DNA of 64,000 bases from Christensenellales bacterium (GTDB lineage Bacteria; Bacillota; Clostridia; Christensenellales; CAG-138), in assembly GCA_040767925.1 (NCBI GenBank), contig JAXGNN010000001.1, positions 1,088,921 to 1,152,920 on the forward strand, in the 5' to 3' direction. Below the pieces are notes generated by a model that worked only from the letters and a program-made list of their open reading frames with translations, was not told the origin of the DNA and made no database searches. Made by a program: the position numbers and the translations under genes. Shown one piece after another: positions 8,555 to 18,225 of this stretch; the stretch's first letter is position 1, and the number at the start of each line of letters is the position of its first letter.

Positions 8555-9961
8555 TCAGCGCGATTGCAGGTAATCGGCGACGATCAATCCGCATTCCAGT
8601 TGGACGCCGACAAGGTTTCGGATCGGGACGACCTGATAGTTCATGTTCTCCTCGAGGAAGGAGGTGATTTTCCGAAAACCCTCCATCGATTTTTCAACGC
8701 CCTTCTCGAGCGCTTCGCGCTTCTTCGGGTCATTTTCTTCCTGTTCGTCCATGAGGGCAAGCTCGCTTTCGTTCGCCCGAAGCAGCATAGCGTAGACGAT
8801 GGCCTTATAGAACTTGGAAACGAGCAGATTATCGAATTTCTCCGCCACGGTGGCGGTTTTTTCGTACCTGGGATCGGCGTCGAGGCGTTTTTGCTCGGCG
8901 CCCGTATCCTCCTGCGTGTGGCGCGTGAAGGCTTCCACCGCCAGCAGGAAATGGTTATCCCGCGAAAGGTATTCGTGCGATACCTCGAGGATCGAGAGGA
9001 TTTCCGCGTTCATGCGGATGTCGTCCTCCATGCGCTGGAGCGCCGCCTGCTTGCGCGTGATGTCGGACGGCCTGCAGTCGTCGATGCGGGGGTCGTAGAA
9101 ATAAGGCAGCTCCGTGAGCAGGGTGAACGAGTTGTAGCGTTCCCGGGCATAGCTCGCGCTGCAGTCCCCGCTCGAGAAGTTCTTGACGATCTCCTTCATG
9201 TCGCCGCCGCAGTATTTCTCCTTGAAGTCGTATTCCGCGCTGACGCCCAGATTCGCATAGATCGCCGTGGCGTACTCCTCGCACGCGGGGCTTTCCGGCT
9301 CGCCCCTGTGGAGCGGCACGCCGTATTTCTCCGGCACGCCGTGCAGCTCGTTGAAAATCTCGGGCAGCGGCCAGGAGATATACCAGTATGCGCCGCCGAA
9401 GCCCGCGTTGTGCAGCGAATAGATGAAGTGCGGCTTTATTTCGTCGATCAGCTTCATCATGGCGGTCGTTTCGGGGATGCTGTCGTGGAAATGCAGCTGC
9501 TTATAATCTATCGGGAAAGTCCAGTCCACCTGTTCGAAACCGGCGGGCCTGAAGAAATTGCGCATATAGTTTGTGATGGTGAAAGGGCCCTTGAACCATT
9601 TTTCGTTCTTCTTGGTCCCGTCGGCGTCCCACGCCTTTACGATGTACCAAGTGTAATCCAGCTCCCGGCGGAGCTCCTCGTTTTTTGCGAGCTGCCACGA
9701 GAAATGCTCGAGCAGCATGGTGCCGATGGGTTCGTTCGGATGCGGCAGGCCGAACATGAGCGCGTTTTTGCTGCCGCTGCCTATTTTTAAACAGTAGAGC
9801 GGGTGGTTTTCCCGCGTTTTTCCGATTTCAAACAGGGATACGACGCCGGGGAACTGCCGGGCGAGCTGCTTGGAGCTTTCGTCCATCTCATCCACGGTGA
9901 GGAATTTCTGATAATCGGGAATCTGCTCGAGAAGCTGCTCAAATACTTTTTTCATACACAA
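8555..9961 (-). CDS. M14-like zinc carboxypeptidase family protein
   Basis: 468 aa. HxxE zinc motif GLPHPNEPIG and a later SLHNAGFGG His region. Sits next to the peptide ABC importer. Confidence 0.5.
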   Translation of the reverse strand: MCMKKVFEQLLEQIPDYQKFLTVDEMDESSKQLARQFPGVVSLFEIGKTRENHPLYCLKIGSGSKNALMFGLPHPNEPIGTMLLEHFSWQLAKNEELRRELDYTWYIVKAWDADGTKKNEKWFKGPFTITNYMRNFFRPAGFEQVDWTFPIDYKQLHFHDSIPETTAMMKLIDEIKPHFIYSLHNAGFGGAYWYISWPLPEIFNELHGVPEKYGVPLHRGEPESPACEEYATAIYANLGVSAEYDFKEKYCGGDMKEIVKNFSSGDCSASYARERYNSFTLLTELPYFYDPRIDDCRPSDITRKQAALQRMEDDIRMNAEILSILEVSHEYLSRDNHFLLAVEAFTRHTQEDTGAEQKRLDADPRYEKTATVAEKFDNLLVSKFYKAIVYAMLLRANESELALMDEQEENDPKKREALEKGVEKSMEGFRKITSFLEENMNYQVVPIRNLVGVQLECGLIVADYLQSR

Positions 9962-9991
9962 CCGTCCTAATCATTTGATCGGCGTGAGACC

Positions 9992-10021
9992 CGGGCAGGC
10001 GGGTCATGCCGCCTGCCCGGA
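9992..10021 (-). terminator. 12-bp GC hairpin downstream of the substrate-binding protein gene
   Basis: CCGGGCAGGCGG (9992-10003) pairs with CCGCCTGCCCGG (10010-10021). No clear U-tail on the minus strand. Confidence 0.3.
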
Positions 10022-10043
10022 TTCCAGCTAAGTTGAAAGGGGA

Positions 10044-11675
10044 TTATTCGAAGTAAGCGAAGGTGAACTCGCCCCAGCTGCCTACGCCCGCGTTCTGGCA
10101 AGGCGCGCCCACGAGGTTGGACGGGAAGCAGACGTATTCGGCGTACGAAATGATGGGGATGATCGCCATCTCGTCATGCATGATCTGCTGGACGCGGAAG
10201 TAGCGCTCCTGCCGGTACGCCTCGTCGCCGTTGGCGTTGGCCTCTGCGAGCAGCTGGTCGATTTCCGCGTTCGAATACTCGCCGAGGTTCGACATGCCGC
10301 CGGTGCCGATGCGGCTCGCGAGCGCCGAGGGGTCGGGGCCCTGGAAGCCGCCCATGAGCGCCATGCTGAAAGTGCCGGGCGCGCCGGAAAGCTCGTTGAC
10401 GGTCTGATCCCACGCGAGGTATTCCTGCGCGTTGACGGTGAGCTCAATGCCGGCCTCCTTGCAGGCGGCGGCGATCAGCCTTCCGACGTCGGGCGCGTTG
10501 TCAAGGTTGTATACCTCAAGCTGCAGCCCGCGCACATAGTAACCGTCCGCATCCTTGGTGTAGCCCGCTGCCTCAAGGGCGGCGACGGCGGCCTGGATGT
10601 CGTACTCGGGCGCGGCCGCCGCGGAGTTGGAGGCCCACTCGATGATGGAGGGATAGAAGTTATACTCGGGCGAACGCACGCCCGCGAAGACCTTGTTGTT
10701 GATGTCCGCGCGGTTGATGCAGTACGCGAGCGCCTGGCGCACGGCGAGCGGGGTTTCGTAGCCTGCGCGGAAATTGAACAGGATGTACATCGGCGAGGGG
10801 TAGACGTTCAGAACAGCCGCGTAGCCTTCCGACTGGAGGCTGGCGACGTCGGTGTTGGGAGCCGCGTCGAGATAGTCGATCTCGCCGGTGCGCAGCGCCT
10901 GCACAGCGGTGGTGGTGTCCGGGATGATCTTGAAGATCAGCTTGTCGATCCTGACTTCGGTTTCCCAGTAATTCTCGTTCTTCGCAAGGTCGATGCTCAC
11001 CGACGGGGTATAGCTGACGAACTTGAACGGGCCGGTGCCGACGGGCGACTCGCTGGCGGGGTTCTCGCCCCAGGGCTGCCCGTTGTCGAACAAGTGCTTG
11101 GGCAGCACGAACGTGCCGTACCAGCCGAGGTAGCCGAGAATGCCCATGTCGGGGCTCTTCATGACGAAGACGGCGGTATTCTCATCGGGGCATTCGACGT
11201 GGTCGAGGTTCCTCAGGAGGTAGTTCGCGATCAGCGCGGAATCCGCGGCGATCGTCTCGAAAGTATACTTCACGTCCGCGGAGGTGAACTTCTCGCCGTC
11301 ATGCCAGAAGGCGTTTTCAGCGAGGTGGAAGGTGATCCTTAGACCGTCGTCGCTCGTCTCCCAGCTCCTTGCGAGGTCGGGGATGAGCTGCTTGTTGGCG
11401 TCGAGCTTCAAAAGGCGGTTGTAGACGTTCTGCGCCACCGCGTAGTTGAAATCGTCGCCCGTGGTGTTGGGGTTGAGCGTCAGGGGATCGCCGTAGCTGC
11501 GGACCACGAGGGTCTGCTCCTCGGCGGGAGCGGGGGGTGCGGTTTCTCCGGCGCCGTCGGTTTTGTTCGGGCTGCCGGCGTTCGTGGGGGTGCCCGTTTC
11601 GGACGCGGGACCTCCGCACGCGGCCAGGGACGCAAGCACGAGCATGGCCATTAACAGTGCGAGCGCTTTTTTCAT
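10044..11675 (-). CDS. ABC transporter substrate-binding lipoprotein, family 5 (peptide/nickel, Opp/Dpp type)
   Basis: 543 aa. Lipobox LASLAACGG. Family-5 SBP length and pattern. Confidence 0.85.
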   Translation of the reverse strand: MKKALALLMAMLVLASLAACGGPASETGTPTNAGSPNKTDGAGETAPPAPAEEQTLVVRSYGDPLTLNPNTTGDDFNYAVAQNVYNRLLKLDANKQLIPDLARSWETSDDGLRITFHLAENAFWHDGEKFTSADVKYTFETIAADSALIANYLLRNLDHVECPDENTAVFVMKSPDMGILGYLGWYGTFVLPKHLFDNGQPWGENPASESPVGTGPFKFVSYTPSVSIDLAKNENYWETEVRIDKLIFKIIPDTTTAVQALRTGEIDYLDAAPNTDVASLQSEGYAAVLNVYPSPMYILFNFRAGYETPLAVRQALAYCINRADINNKVFAGVRSPEYNFYPSIIEWASNSAAAAPEYDIQAAVAALEAAGYTKDADGYYVRGLQLEVYNLDNAPDVGRLIAAACKEAGIELTVNAQEYLAWDQTVNELSGAPGTFSMALMGGFQGPDPSALASRIGTGGMSNLGEYSNAEIDQLLAEANANGDEAYRQERYFRVQQIMHDEMAIIPIISYAEYVCFPSNLVGAPCQNAGVGSWGEFTFAYFE

Positions 11676-11726
11676 GGCTTTTCCTCCTAAATGTCATTTA
11701 TTTGATGCGCGCGAAACGCGCGGCAA

Positions 11727-12713
11727 TCAAACCTTAAAGCAGGCGACGCGATGACCGCCCTCATGCGTCGTGGTCGGCGGGTATTCCTTCAGGCATTCCG
11801 CTCCCGCGACGGGGCAGCGGTCGGCGAAGAAGCAGCCGGGGCCGGGGTCGATCGGGGTGGGCGGTTCGCCGTCTATGCGGATCGGCTCGGTTTTATCGAA
11901 AATATCGATTGAAGCGCAGTTCGAAATCAGTGCCTGCGTGTACGGGTGCAGCGGGCTGTCGATGATCGCGTCCGCGGCGCCGTATTCGACGACGCGGCCG
12001 AGGTACATCACCGCGATGTTGTCGGCGACATGGCGCGTCAGGGCGATGTCGTGACTGATGAAAACGACCGTCACCTTCTTCTCGACGCTCTGTTCGAGCA
12101 GCATATTGATGATATCCGCGCGCACGGAAACGTCGAGCATGGAAACGGGCTCGTCCGCCACGATGACGGCGGGGTCCAGCGACATGGCGCGCAGGATCGC
12201 GATGCGCTGAAGCTGTCCTCCGGAAAGCTCGTGCGGATACCGCTTGAGGATATCGTCGGCGGGCCGGAGGTTGCCGGATTCGAGCAGCTCCACGCAGCGC
12301 CTGCGGCGCGCGGCCTTATCCGGACAGATGCCGTGGTTTTTCAGCGGGCGGCTCAGGAGCTGCTCGATGGTATCCCGCGGGGTGAACGCATCGTATGGGT
12401 TCTGGAAAACGATCTGCACGGTACGGTAGAATTTCTTCGCGTCCTCCTCGATCATCTTCCCGGTCGATACGCCGCCGATGAACACATCCCCCGCGCTCGG
12501 CGCCTCAAGCCTCGTGAGCAGCCTTGCGAGCGTCGATTTCCCGCAGCCGGATTCGCCGATGACGCCGAGCACCTCGCCCTGCGCCATGCCGATGCTCACG
12601 CCGTTGACCGCCTTGACGAGCTTGCGGCTCCGCCTGCCGCCAAACAGCGTGCCAGACCCCTTGACGGGGTAAAATTTCGAAATATCCTGAATTTCAATAT
12701 AGCTGCCGCTCAT
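11727..12713 (-). CDS. peptide ABC transporter ATP-binding protein (OppF/DppF-like)
   Basis: True start is MSGSYIEIQDISKFY at 12713 (ATGA overlap with the upstream gene). Walker A GESGCGKST, signature LSGGQLQR, C-terminal oligopeptide-type extension. The track ORF extends spuriously to 13022. Confidence 0.85.
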   Translation of the reverse strand: MSGSYIEIQDISKFYPVKGSGTLFGGRRSRKLVKAVNGVSIGMAQGEVLGVIGESGCGKSTLARLLTRLEAPSAGDVFIGGVSTGKMIEEDAKKFYRTVQIVFQNPYDAFTPRDTIEQLLSRPLKNHGICPDKAARRRRCVELLESGNLRPADDILKRYPHELSGGQLQRIAILRAMSLDPAVIVADEPVSMLDVSVRADIINMLLEQSVEKKVTVVFISHDIALTRHVADNIAVMYLGRVVEYGAADAIIDSPLHPYTQALISNCASIDIFDKTEPIRIDGEPPTPIDPGPGCFFADRCPVAGAECLKEYPPTTTHEGGHRVACFKV

Positions 12714-13681
12714 TGCTTTTCCACCTCGATCAGATGGCAAGACACAAAGTGGTCGTTGCCCAGGTTGGTCCGCGCGGGCGCGGCCGTTTTGCATTTCTCC
12801 ATCGCCTCGGGGCAGCGGCCGGCGAATATGCAGCCTTCGTGGCGAACGGACATATCCGGCAAAAACCCGGGGATGCTCTCGAGCACGATCCTTCTGCTGC
12901 GAAGCGGCGGGAACGCGGCGAGCAGGCCTTTCGTATACGGATGGGCGGGGCGCGCGAGCACGTCCGAAACGTGCCCGGACTCGAGGAGCGCGCCCGCGTA
13001 CATGACGGCGACCTTGTTGCATGAGCTTGACACCACCGAGATATCGTGCGTGATGATGATGCGGCTCGTCTTAAGCTCGCTCTCCATCTTCCGGAGCTCG
13101 AGGAGAATCTGCCCTTGCGTCACCACGTCGAGCGCGGTGGTCGCCTCGTCCATGATGAGGAGCTCCGGCTCGTGCAGCAGGCTCACGGCGATCATCACGC
13201 GCTGGAGCATGCCGCCCGAGAGCTCGTGCGGGTAGAGCCGGTAGACGCGTTCGTTGAGGTTGACGAGCGAGAGCATTTTCGCGGCCTGCTCGTGCGCCTG
13301 CTTCCTTGTGGCGTCGGGCTCGTGGATGCGGTAGATATCCTCGATCTGGTCGCCGATGCGGTGGACGGGGCTGAAGGAGTTCATCGCCTTTTGGAAGACG
13401 ACCGAAAGGTTCTTCCAGCGCAGCTTGTTGAGCTGTTCGTCCGGCATATTCAGCAAGTCCTGCCCGAGGAAAACGGCCTCGCCCTCCACGGCGGTCTTTT
13501 TCGCGGGCAGCAGCCTTAGGAGAGCCATCGCCATCGTGGATTTGCCGGAGCCGCTCTCCCCCACGATCCCCATCGAATCGCCCTGATCGATCGAGAAGGA
13601 AGCGCCGTTCACCGCGTAAACGCTCCTATTCTTGTTTTTATAGGTAACGGACAGGTTCCTTACGTCGAGTACGCGCGCCAT
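12710..13681 (-). CDS. peptide ABC transporter ATP-binding protein (OppD/DppD-like)
   Basis: 323 aa. Walker A GESGSGKST, signature LSGGMLQR. Confidence 0.85.
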   Translation of the reverse strand: MARVLDVRNLSVTYKNKNRSVYAVNGASFSIDQGDSMGIVGESGSGKSTMAMALLRLLPAKKTAVEGEAVFLGQDLLNMPDEQLNKLRWKNLSVVFQKAMNSFSPVHRIGDQIEDIYRIHEPDATRKQAHEQAAKMLSLVNLNERVYRLYPHELSGGMLQRVMIAVSLLHEPELLIMDEATTALDVVTQGQILLELRKMESELKTSRIIITHDISVVSSSCNKVAVMYAGALLESGHVSDVLARPAHPYTKGLLAAFPPLRSRRIVLESIPGFLPDMSVRHEGCIFAGRCPEAMEKCKTAAPARTNLGNDHFVSCHLIEVEKQ

Positions 13682-14539
13682 TTACCTTTCCCCCCTTTGC
13701 AGCTTCTGCGGGTTCAGGATGTGGTTGAGACCGTCCCCGAGAAGGTTGAAAACAAGCACCGTGAACACCACTGCGAGCCCCGCCAGAACCGATACCCAGG
13801 GCGCGTAGGTGATGTAGTTGCGCCCGTCGTTGATCATCTGCCCCCAGCTGATCACGTTGGGGTCGCCGAGGCCCATGAACGAGAGCGCGGCCTCGGTGAG
13901 CACCGCGTACGCCATGCTCATGGTCGTGTTGGAGATGACGGGGTACATGCCGTTGGGGATGATGTATTTAAATAGGATCTGGCCCCGCGTTTCGCCCATG
14001 GCGTGCGCGCCCATGACGAACACGCGCTCCTTGAGCGAAAGCGTCTGCGCGCGCATGAGCTTAGCGTTGCGCGGCCATGTGGTGAGGCCGATGATCACCA
14101 TCACGTTCGTGAGGCTGTTTCCGAAAAGCGCCACCACGAGCATAATGAGGAACAGATCGGGAATCATCATGAAGATATTGATGATTTCCGAGATGACCAT
14201 ATCCACCTTGCCGCCGAAAAATCCCGCGATTCCGCCGACGAGAAGCCCGATGCTGCCCGAGATGAACGCCGCCACGATGGCCACCCATAGGGACGTGCGC
14301 GTGCCGTATACCAGCATGGACCAGATATCCTGCCCCATGTGGTTCGTGCCCAGCCAGTGCCCCGGCGAACCCGGCTCCGCGAGGCTGTCCGGCCCGTAAA
14401 AATCGGCCGGATATTTCGTGATGAGCGGCGCGGACACGACGAGCAGCAGCAGGATCGCGACGCCGATGAGGCCGGCGAAAAACTGCCTGTCCTGCGTTAT
14501 GGCCGAAAGAGTTTTCAACAGCTTTTTCATTCTATCCAT
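13682..14539 (-). CDS. peptide ABC transporter permease (OppC/DppC-like)
   Basis: Membrane protein starting MDRMKKLLKTLSAI. The start may be 14539 or 14530. The track ORF extends to 14710, inside the upstream permease gene. Confidence 0.8.
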   Translation of the reverse strand: MDRMKKLLKTLSAITQDRQFFAGLIGVAILLLLVVSAPLITKYPADFYGPDSLAEPGSPGHWLGTNHMGQDIWSMLVYGTRTSLWVAIVAAFISGSIGLLVGGIAGFFGGKVDMVISEIINIFMMIPDLFLIMLVVALFGNSLTNVMVIIGLTTWPRNAKLMRAQTLSLKERVFVMGAHAMGETRGQILFKYIIPNGMYPVISNTTMSMAYAVLTEAALSFMGLGDPNVISWGQMINDGRNYITYAPWVSVLAGLAVVFTVLVFNLLGDGLNHILNPQKLQRGER

Positions 14540-14553
14540 CCAACCTTCGCGCA

Positions 14554-15516
14554 TTAGTAGCGGATCCTGGGATCGAGCACCGCGTAGATGACATCGATGA
14601 TGATCATGGTGACGCACACCGTGATCGACATGATGAGATAGATGCCCATCAGCACGGGGTAGTCGCGCTGGCTGATGGCGGTAAGCATGACGCGCCCCGT
14701 GCCCGGCCACGCGAACACGACTTCAATGAGCGCGACGCCGGCGATCAGGTACGCGAGGGTGATGCCGAATATGGTCACCACGGGCAATATGGCGTTTTTC
14801 AATACGTATTTGCGAAAAATACGCTTTTCGCTCATCCCCGCGGCGCGGTATGTCATGATGTAATCCTCGTTATTGACCTGGATAACGGAGGATTTGGCGA
14901 TGCGGAAGTAATAGGGGATATCGATGAGGACCAGGGTAAGCATGGGCAGGAACATATGCTTCGCCACGTCGAGCACGCGCTTGATGCCCGTATAGTTGGC
15001 GCGCACATCCTCCATGCCCGAGGAGGGGAACCAGCCGAGCTTGACCGCGAGGACGATGATCAGCATGAGCGCGAGCCAGAAGCCGGGCATGGCGTTGAGG
15101 AAATACGCCCCGCCCGAGTACAGCGCGTCCACGACGGAGCCCTCCTTGCGCGCGGCCACGATGCCCGCGGCCGTGCCGAGGACGAGGCCGATCACCGAGG
15201 CGACGCCCACCAGCAGCAGCGTAGGTCCGAGCTTTTCGCCGATGATATCTACAACAGGCCTTCCGAAAATGATGGAGTCTCCCAGATCGCCCCGGAGAAG
15301 CTGCCCGAAATAACGGAAATACTGAACGTGCAGCGGTTTATCGAGGCCGTATTTCGCCGCGAGCACCGCTTTCAACTCGGGGTTTGCGACGTTCCTGCCA
15401 AGAAGAATCGTGGTCGGATCGCCGGGGGCGATGTGCATGAGCACGAAGTTCAGGGTCATCACCAATACGATGGTGATGATGCTGATGAGCAGTTTTTTGA
15501 CGATGTATTTTTTCAT
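14554..15516 (-). CDS. peptide ABC transporter permease (OppB/DppB-like)
   Basis: True start MKKYIVKKLLISIITIVLV at 15516. The BPD-transporter pattern ends in DPRIRY. Confidence 0.85.
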   Translation of the reverse strand: MKKYIVKKLLISIITIVLVMTLNFVLMHIAPGDPTTILLGRNVANPELKAVLAAKYGLDKPLHVQYFRYFGQLLRGDLGDSIIFGRPVVDIIGEKLGPTLLLVGVASVIGLVLGTAAGIVAARKEGSVVDALYSGGAYFLNAMPGFWLALMLIIVLAVKLGWFPSSGMEDVRANYTGIKRVLDVAKHMFLPMLTLVLIDIPYYFRIAKSSVIQVNNEDYIMTYRAAGMSEKRIFRKYVLKNAILPVVTIFGITLAYLIAGVALIEVVFAWPGTGRVMLTAISQRDYPVLMGIYLIMSITVCVTMIIIDVIYAVLDPRIRY

Positions 15517-15735
15517 TGGCTTTTCCGCTCCCGGTTTTCTATTGATTCGTGGATGGCCTTGGATTTTGTATGCCGCGCGGCCTTCCGCGAAAGCGGCATG
15601 CGGCATATGGTAAAACGATCGCCTGCGGTTTGCTTTGCTGGCCAAACGCGCGGGCGCGGGAATCCGTGCCGGATGCTCCGGCCTGATCGCGAGGATAAGG
15701 CTGTTCCTGGAATTGCGCGGCTGACCGTTTTTGTC

Positions 15736-15759
15736 ATAATGTAGCATATGCTACATTAT
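15736..15759. promoter_or_regulatory. perfect 24-bp palindrome, candidate operator
   Basis: ATAATGTAGCAT/ATGCTACATTAT, plus a third half-site AAAATGTAGCG at 15765-15775. It lies about 25-50 nt downstream of the minus-strand promoter. Confidence 0.4.
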
Positions 15760-15789
15760 CGTGTAAAATGTAGCGTTTACTCATAAAGC

Positions 15790-15818
15790 ATTATAAGACC
15801 ATACTTATACGTTGTCAA
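15790..15818 (-). promoter_or_regulatory. consensus sigma-70-type promoter for the peptide ABC operon
   Basis: The minus strand reads TTGACA (15818-15813), a 17-nt spacer, then TATAAT (15795-15790). Confidence 0.5.
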
Positions 15819-15926
15819 CTTACAGATTCTGCGCATGCATACGATCACTGTCCCGGACGGACGCGCTTTTTTTATATAGAGAAGATTTTTCAGATTCGGC
15901 TTATGCGCGCGGCGCGCTGTTTTTCA

Positions 15927-15955
15927 TTGACATCGGCGCGTCTGCGCCGTACAAT
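15927..15955 (+). promoter_or_regulatory. promoter candidate for the RpiR-family gene
   Basis: TTGACA 15927-15932, 17-nt spacer, TACAAT 15950-15955. Confidence 0.4.
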
Positions 15956-16026
15956 CCCCATTGACGATTATGTATACTTGGGCGCATCGGGGCGCGGCGT
16001 AATTCATTTAGCAAAGGATTTAGATT

Positions 16027-16857
16027 ATGGATACGATGGGAAGGATTGCCGCGGAATACGGCGGCATGACCAAATCGCAGCAGAAAATCGTTCACTTCAT
16101 GCAGCTCAACGAGTACGACATGCTCGTCGATCCGCTCGCGGCCATTTCGCAGAAGATCGGCTGCAGCGAGGCGACGGTGGTGCGATTCGCGAGGCTGCTT
16201 GGCTATTCCGGCTATGCCGAAATGCAAAGGGCGCTTTATGACGAGCTGCTCGCCAGGATGAACCGTTCCCATTCCTCCCCGGAAGAAGCCATGGCGGACA
16301 ACCCGTATCTGCCGCTCGCAAGCGGCGGGGCGCGGCGCATCAGGGATATGTACGGCGCGCTCGACACGGCCGAGTTCGATGTTTTCTGCCGCGTGCTGAT
16401 GGAAGCGGAAAGCGTTTTGCTGATCGGCTACATGGATTCCTTCGGCGTCGCCGCGCACGCGCTGCATCTGTTCGACGACATCCGGCCCAACGTGGATTTC
16501 GCGCGATTGCTGTTTGAAACGAACGAGATCTATCGCCATCTGCATAAAAACGCCACAGTGCTTGTGGTTTCCTTCGCCCCGCATTACAAGCCCACCCACG
16601 ACATGCTCGAATTGGCCGTTCAACGCGGCAGCACCACGCTGCTCATCACCGACAGCAAGCTCAACCCGCTCGCGCAGATGGCCTCGCACGTGATCTGCGC
16701 CAAGCCGTTTTTCGATGCCGAAACCGGTTGCATGGACATCAGCGCGCCCGTGCACCTGATCTACGCGATGGCGCGCAAGATGGCGCTTGACAATCCCGTG
16801 CGGGTCGAAAGCTATCGCAAGTCCAGCCTGAGAAGGTTCGAGGAATATATCGGGTAG
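16027..16857 (+). CDS. MurR/RpiR family transcriptional regulator (HTH + SIS domain)
   Basis: 276 aa. N-terminal LTKSQQKIVHFMQLN...ISQKIGCSEATVVRFARLLGYSGY, followed by a SIS-type domain. Confidence 0.85.
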   Translation: MDTMGRIAAEYGGMTKSQQKIVHFMQLNEYDMLVDPLAAISQKIGCSEATVVRFARLLGYSGYAEMQRALYDELLARMNRSHSSPEEAMADNPYLPLASGGARRIRDMYGALDTAEFDVFCRVLMEAESVLLIGYMDSFGVAAHALHLFDDIRPNVDFARLLFETNEIYRHLHKNATVLVVSFAPHYKPTHDMLELAVQRGSTTLLITDSKLNPLAQMASHVICAKPFFDAETGCMDISAPVHLIYAMARKMALDNPVRVESYRKSSLRRFEEYIG

Positions 16858-17010
16858 GCTTGAATGACAGGCAACCAGGATTTTCACATCTTTGGGAAGC
16901 AGCGGGCAGGGGTTCATTCCATAATCAGTTCTTGAAACTGCTATCTCCTTCGTTCATTTGTATCACCCGCGTGTTCTTTAGACACCTTATCAACATCGGT
17001 TGATACAATG

Positions 17011-17040
17011 AAACCCGCTTCGGAGTGAGGCGGGTTTTGA
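17011..17040 (+). terminator. intrinsic-terminator-like hairpin inside the ORF-free gap
   Basis: AAACCCGCTTC (17011-17021) pairs with GAGGCGGGTTT (17027-17037) with one G-U pair, then TTTTGA. It lies about 150 nt past the rpiR stop. Confidence 0.45.
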
Positions 17041-17514
17041 TATATGAGGCGGAAATAGGCTAGATATCTAGGGACTCTTGAGGTTTATGGTATTTGAAGC
17101 GCTTGATGCTGGTGCGTTTTATGAGAGTGTTTCGGGTTTACAATGGGTTGATGAAGCGTTGTCTTGGAGTTTGAAACTTTGAGGGAGAAACGTTCACTCC
17201 ACGAGTATCATATATTACCGGCCAAACAGCTTTCCCAAACCCACAAACCCCACGCGGCGCTTGGGTCGCTCTCCGGCGCGGCCCTGCCCTCCGCCGGATA
17301 AAGCAAAAATATCATACCTGAAAGCAGTTACCATGAGCGGCAACCCTTTCAAATTGTCCTTGACAAGGGGTATATATTAGATAGGTCTATTAGGCGTTTG
17401 GCGTGGCAACCTATGCACATAGGTACAAGTGGTCGGCGGAATCGGTTTTCCATGCGCAGGCTAGCTATCGGATGGCCACCCCCCGCATAATTAGAGGCAT
17501 AAAATACTTAAAAA

Positions 17515-18225
17515 TTAGTCTTGTGCCCAGCTTTTCTGAAGCGTTCCGGCGGAATAGCGCTTTGCGATATCTGTAAGGATCCGTGCAATTTCTTCAATTC
17601 GGTCAAAGCGCCCGCCGCAGATGAGTGTTTTATCACATAGCTCGCCGCCTATGCCCGCGCCTGTCATGCCAAGCGCGAGGAAAGAGTCGAGGTTATCGGC
17701 GCTGATTCCACCGGTCGCTATGAGCTTCGCGTCGTTTAACGGCGCCATAACGGCCTTGATATAGGCTGTGCCGAGCTGCCCGCTGGGAAAGAGCTTGACG
17801 AAATCCGCGCCGGCACGCTGAGCCAGAACAATCTCCGTGGGCGTCATGGCGCCCGGTATAGACACGAGGCCCTTACGCTTGGTTTGCGCGATGATAAAGG
17901 AATCGACATTTGGCGAAACGATGAAGGAGGCTCCGGCCGTTGTGGCCGCATCGAGTTGCTCCGGCCTGACGACTGTGCCGGCGCCGACGGCCATTTCGGG
18001 GAAGGAAGCGGAGAGCATGGAGATCGCCTCCGAGGTTTTGCGTAGATTGTCTCCGTCCGCTTGGTCGAATGTCACCTCGATCAGGCCTACACCGCCTCTG
18101 AGCAGCGCACCGGCCAACGCGACCAACTCGCCGCCATATATGCTGCGACAGATGGCAATAATCTTTTTGTTCGAAATGAGATCGCATACTCTTGCTGCGC
18201 CATATCCGTGTTCAGATTCACACAT
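17515..18225 (-). CDS. eda: 2-dehydro-3-deoxyphosphogluconate / 4-hydroxy-2-oxoglutarate aldolase
   Basis: 236 aa. KDPG-aldolase pattern IAICRSIYGGE...GLIEVTF...GAGTV...FVKLFP. Confidence 0.8.
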   Translation of the reverse strand: MCESEHGYGAARVCDLISNKKIIAICRSIYGGELVALAGALLRGGVGLIEVTFDQADGDNLRKTSEAISMLSASFPEMAVGAGTVVRPEQLDAATTAGASFIVSPNVDSFIIAQTKRKGLVSIPGAMTPTEIVLAQRAGADFVKLFPSGQLGTAYIKAVMAPLNDAKLIATGGISADNLDSFLALGMTGAGIGGELCDKTLICGGRFDRIEEIARILTDIAKRYSAGTLQKSWAQD

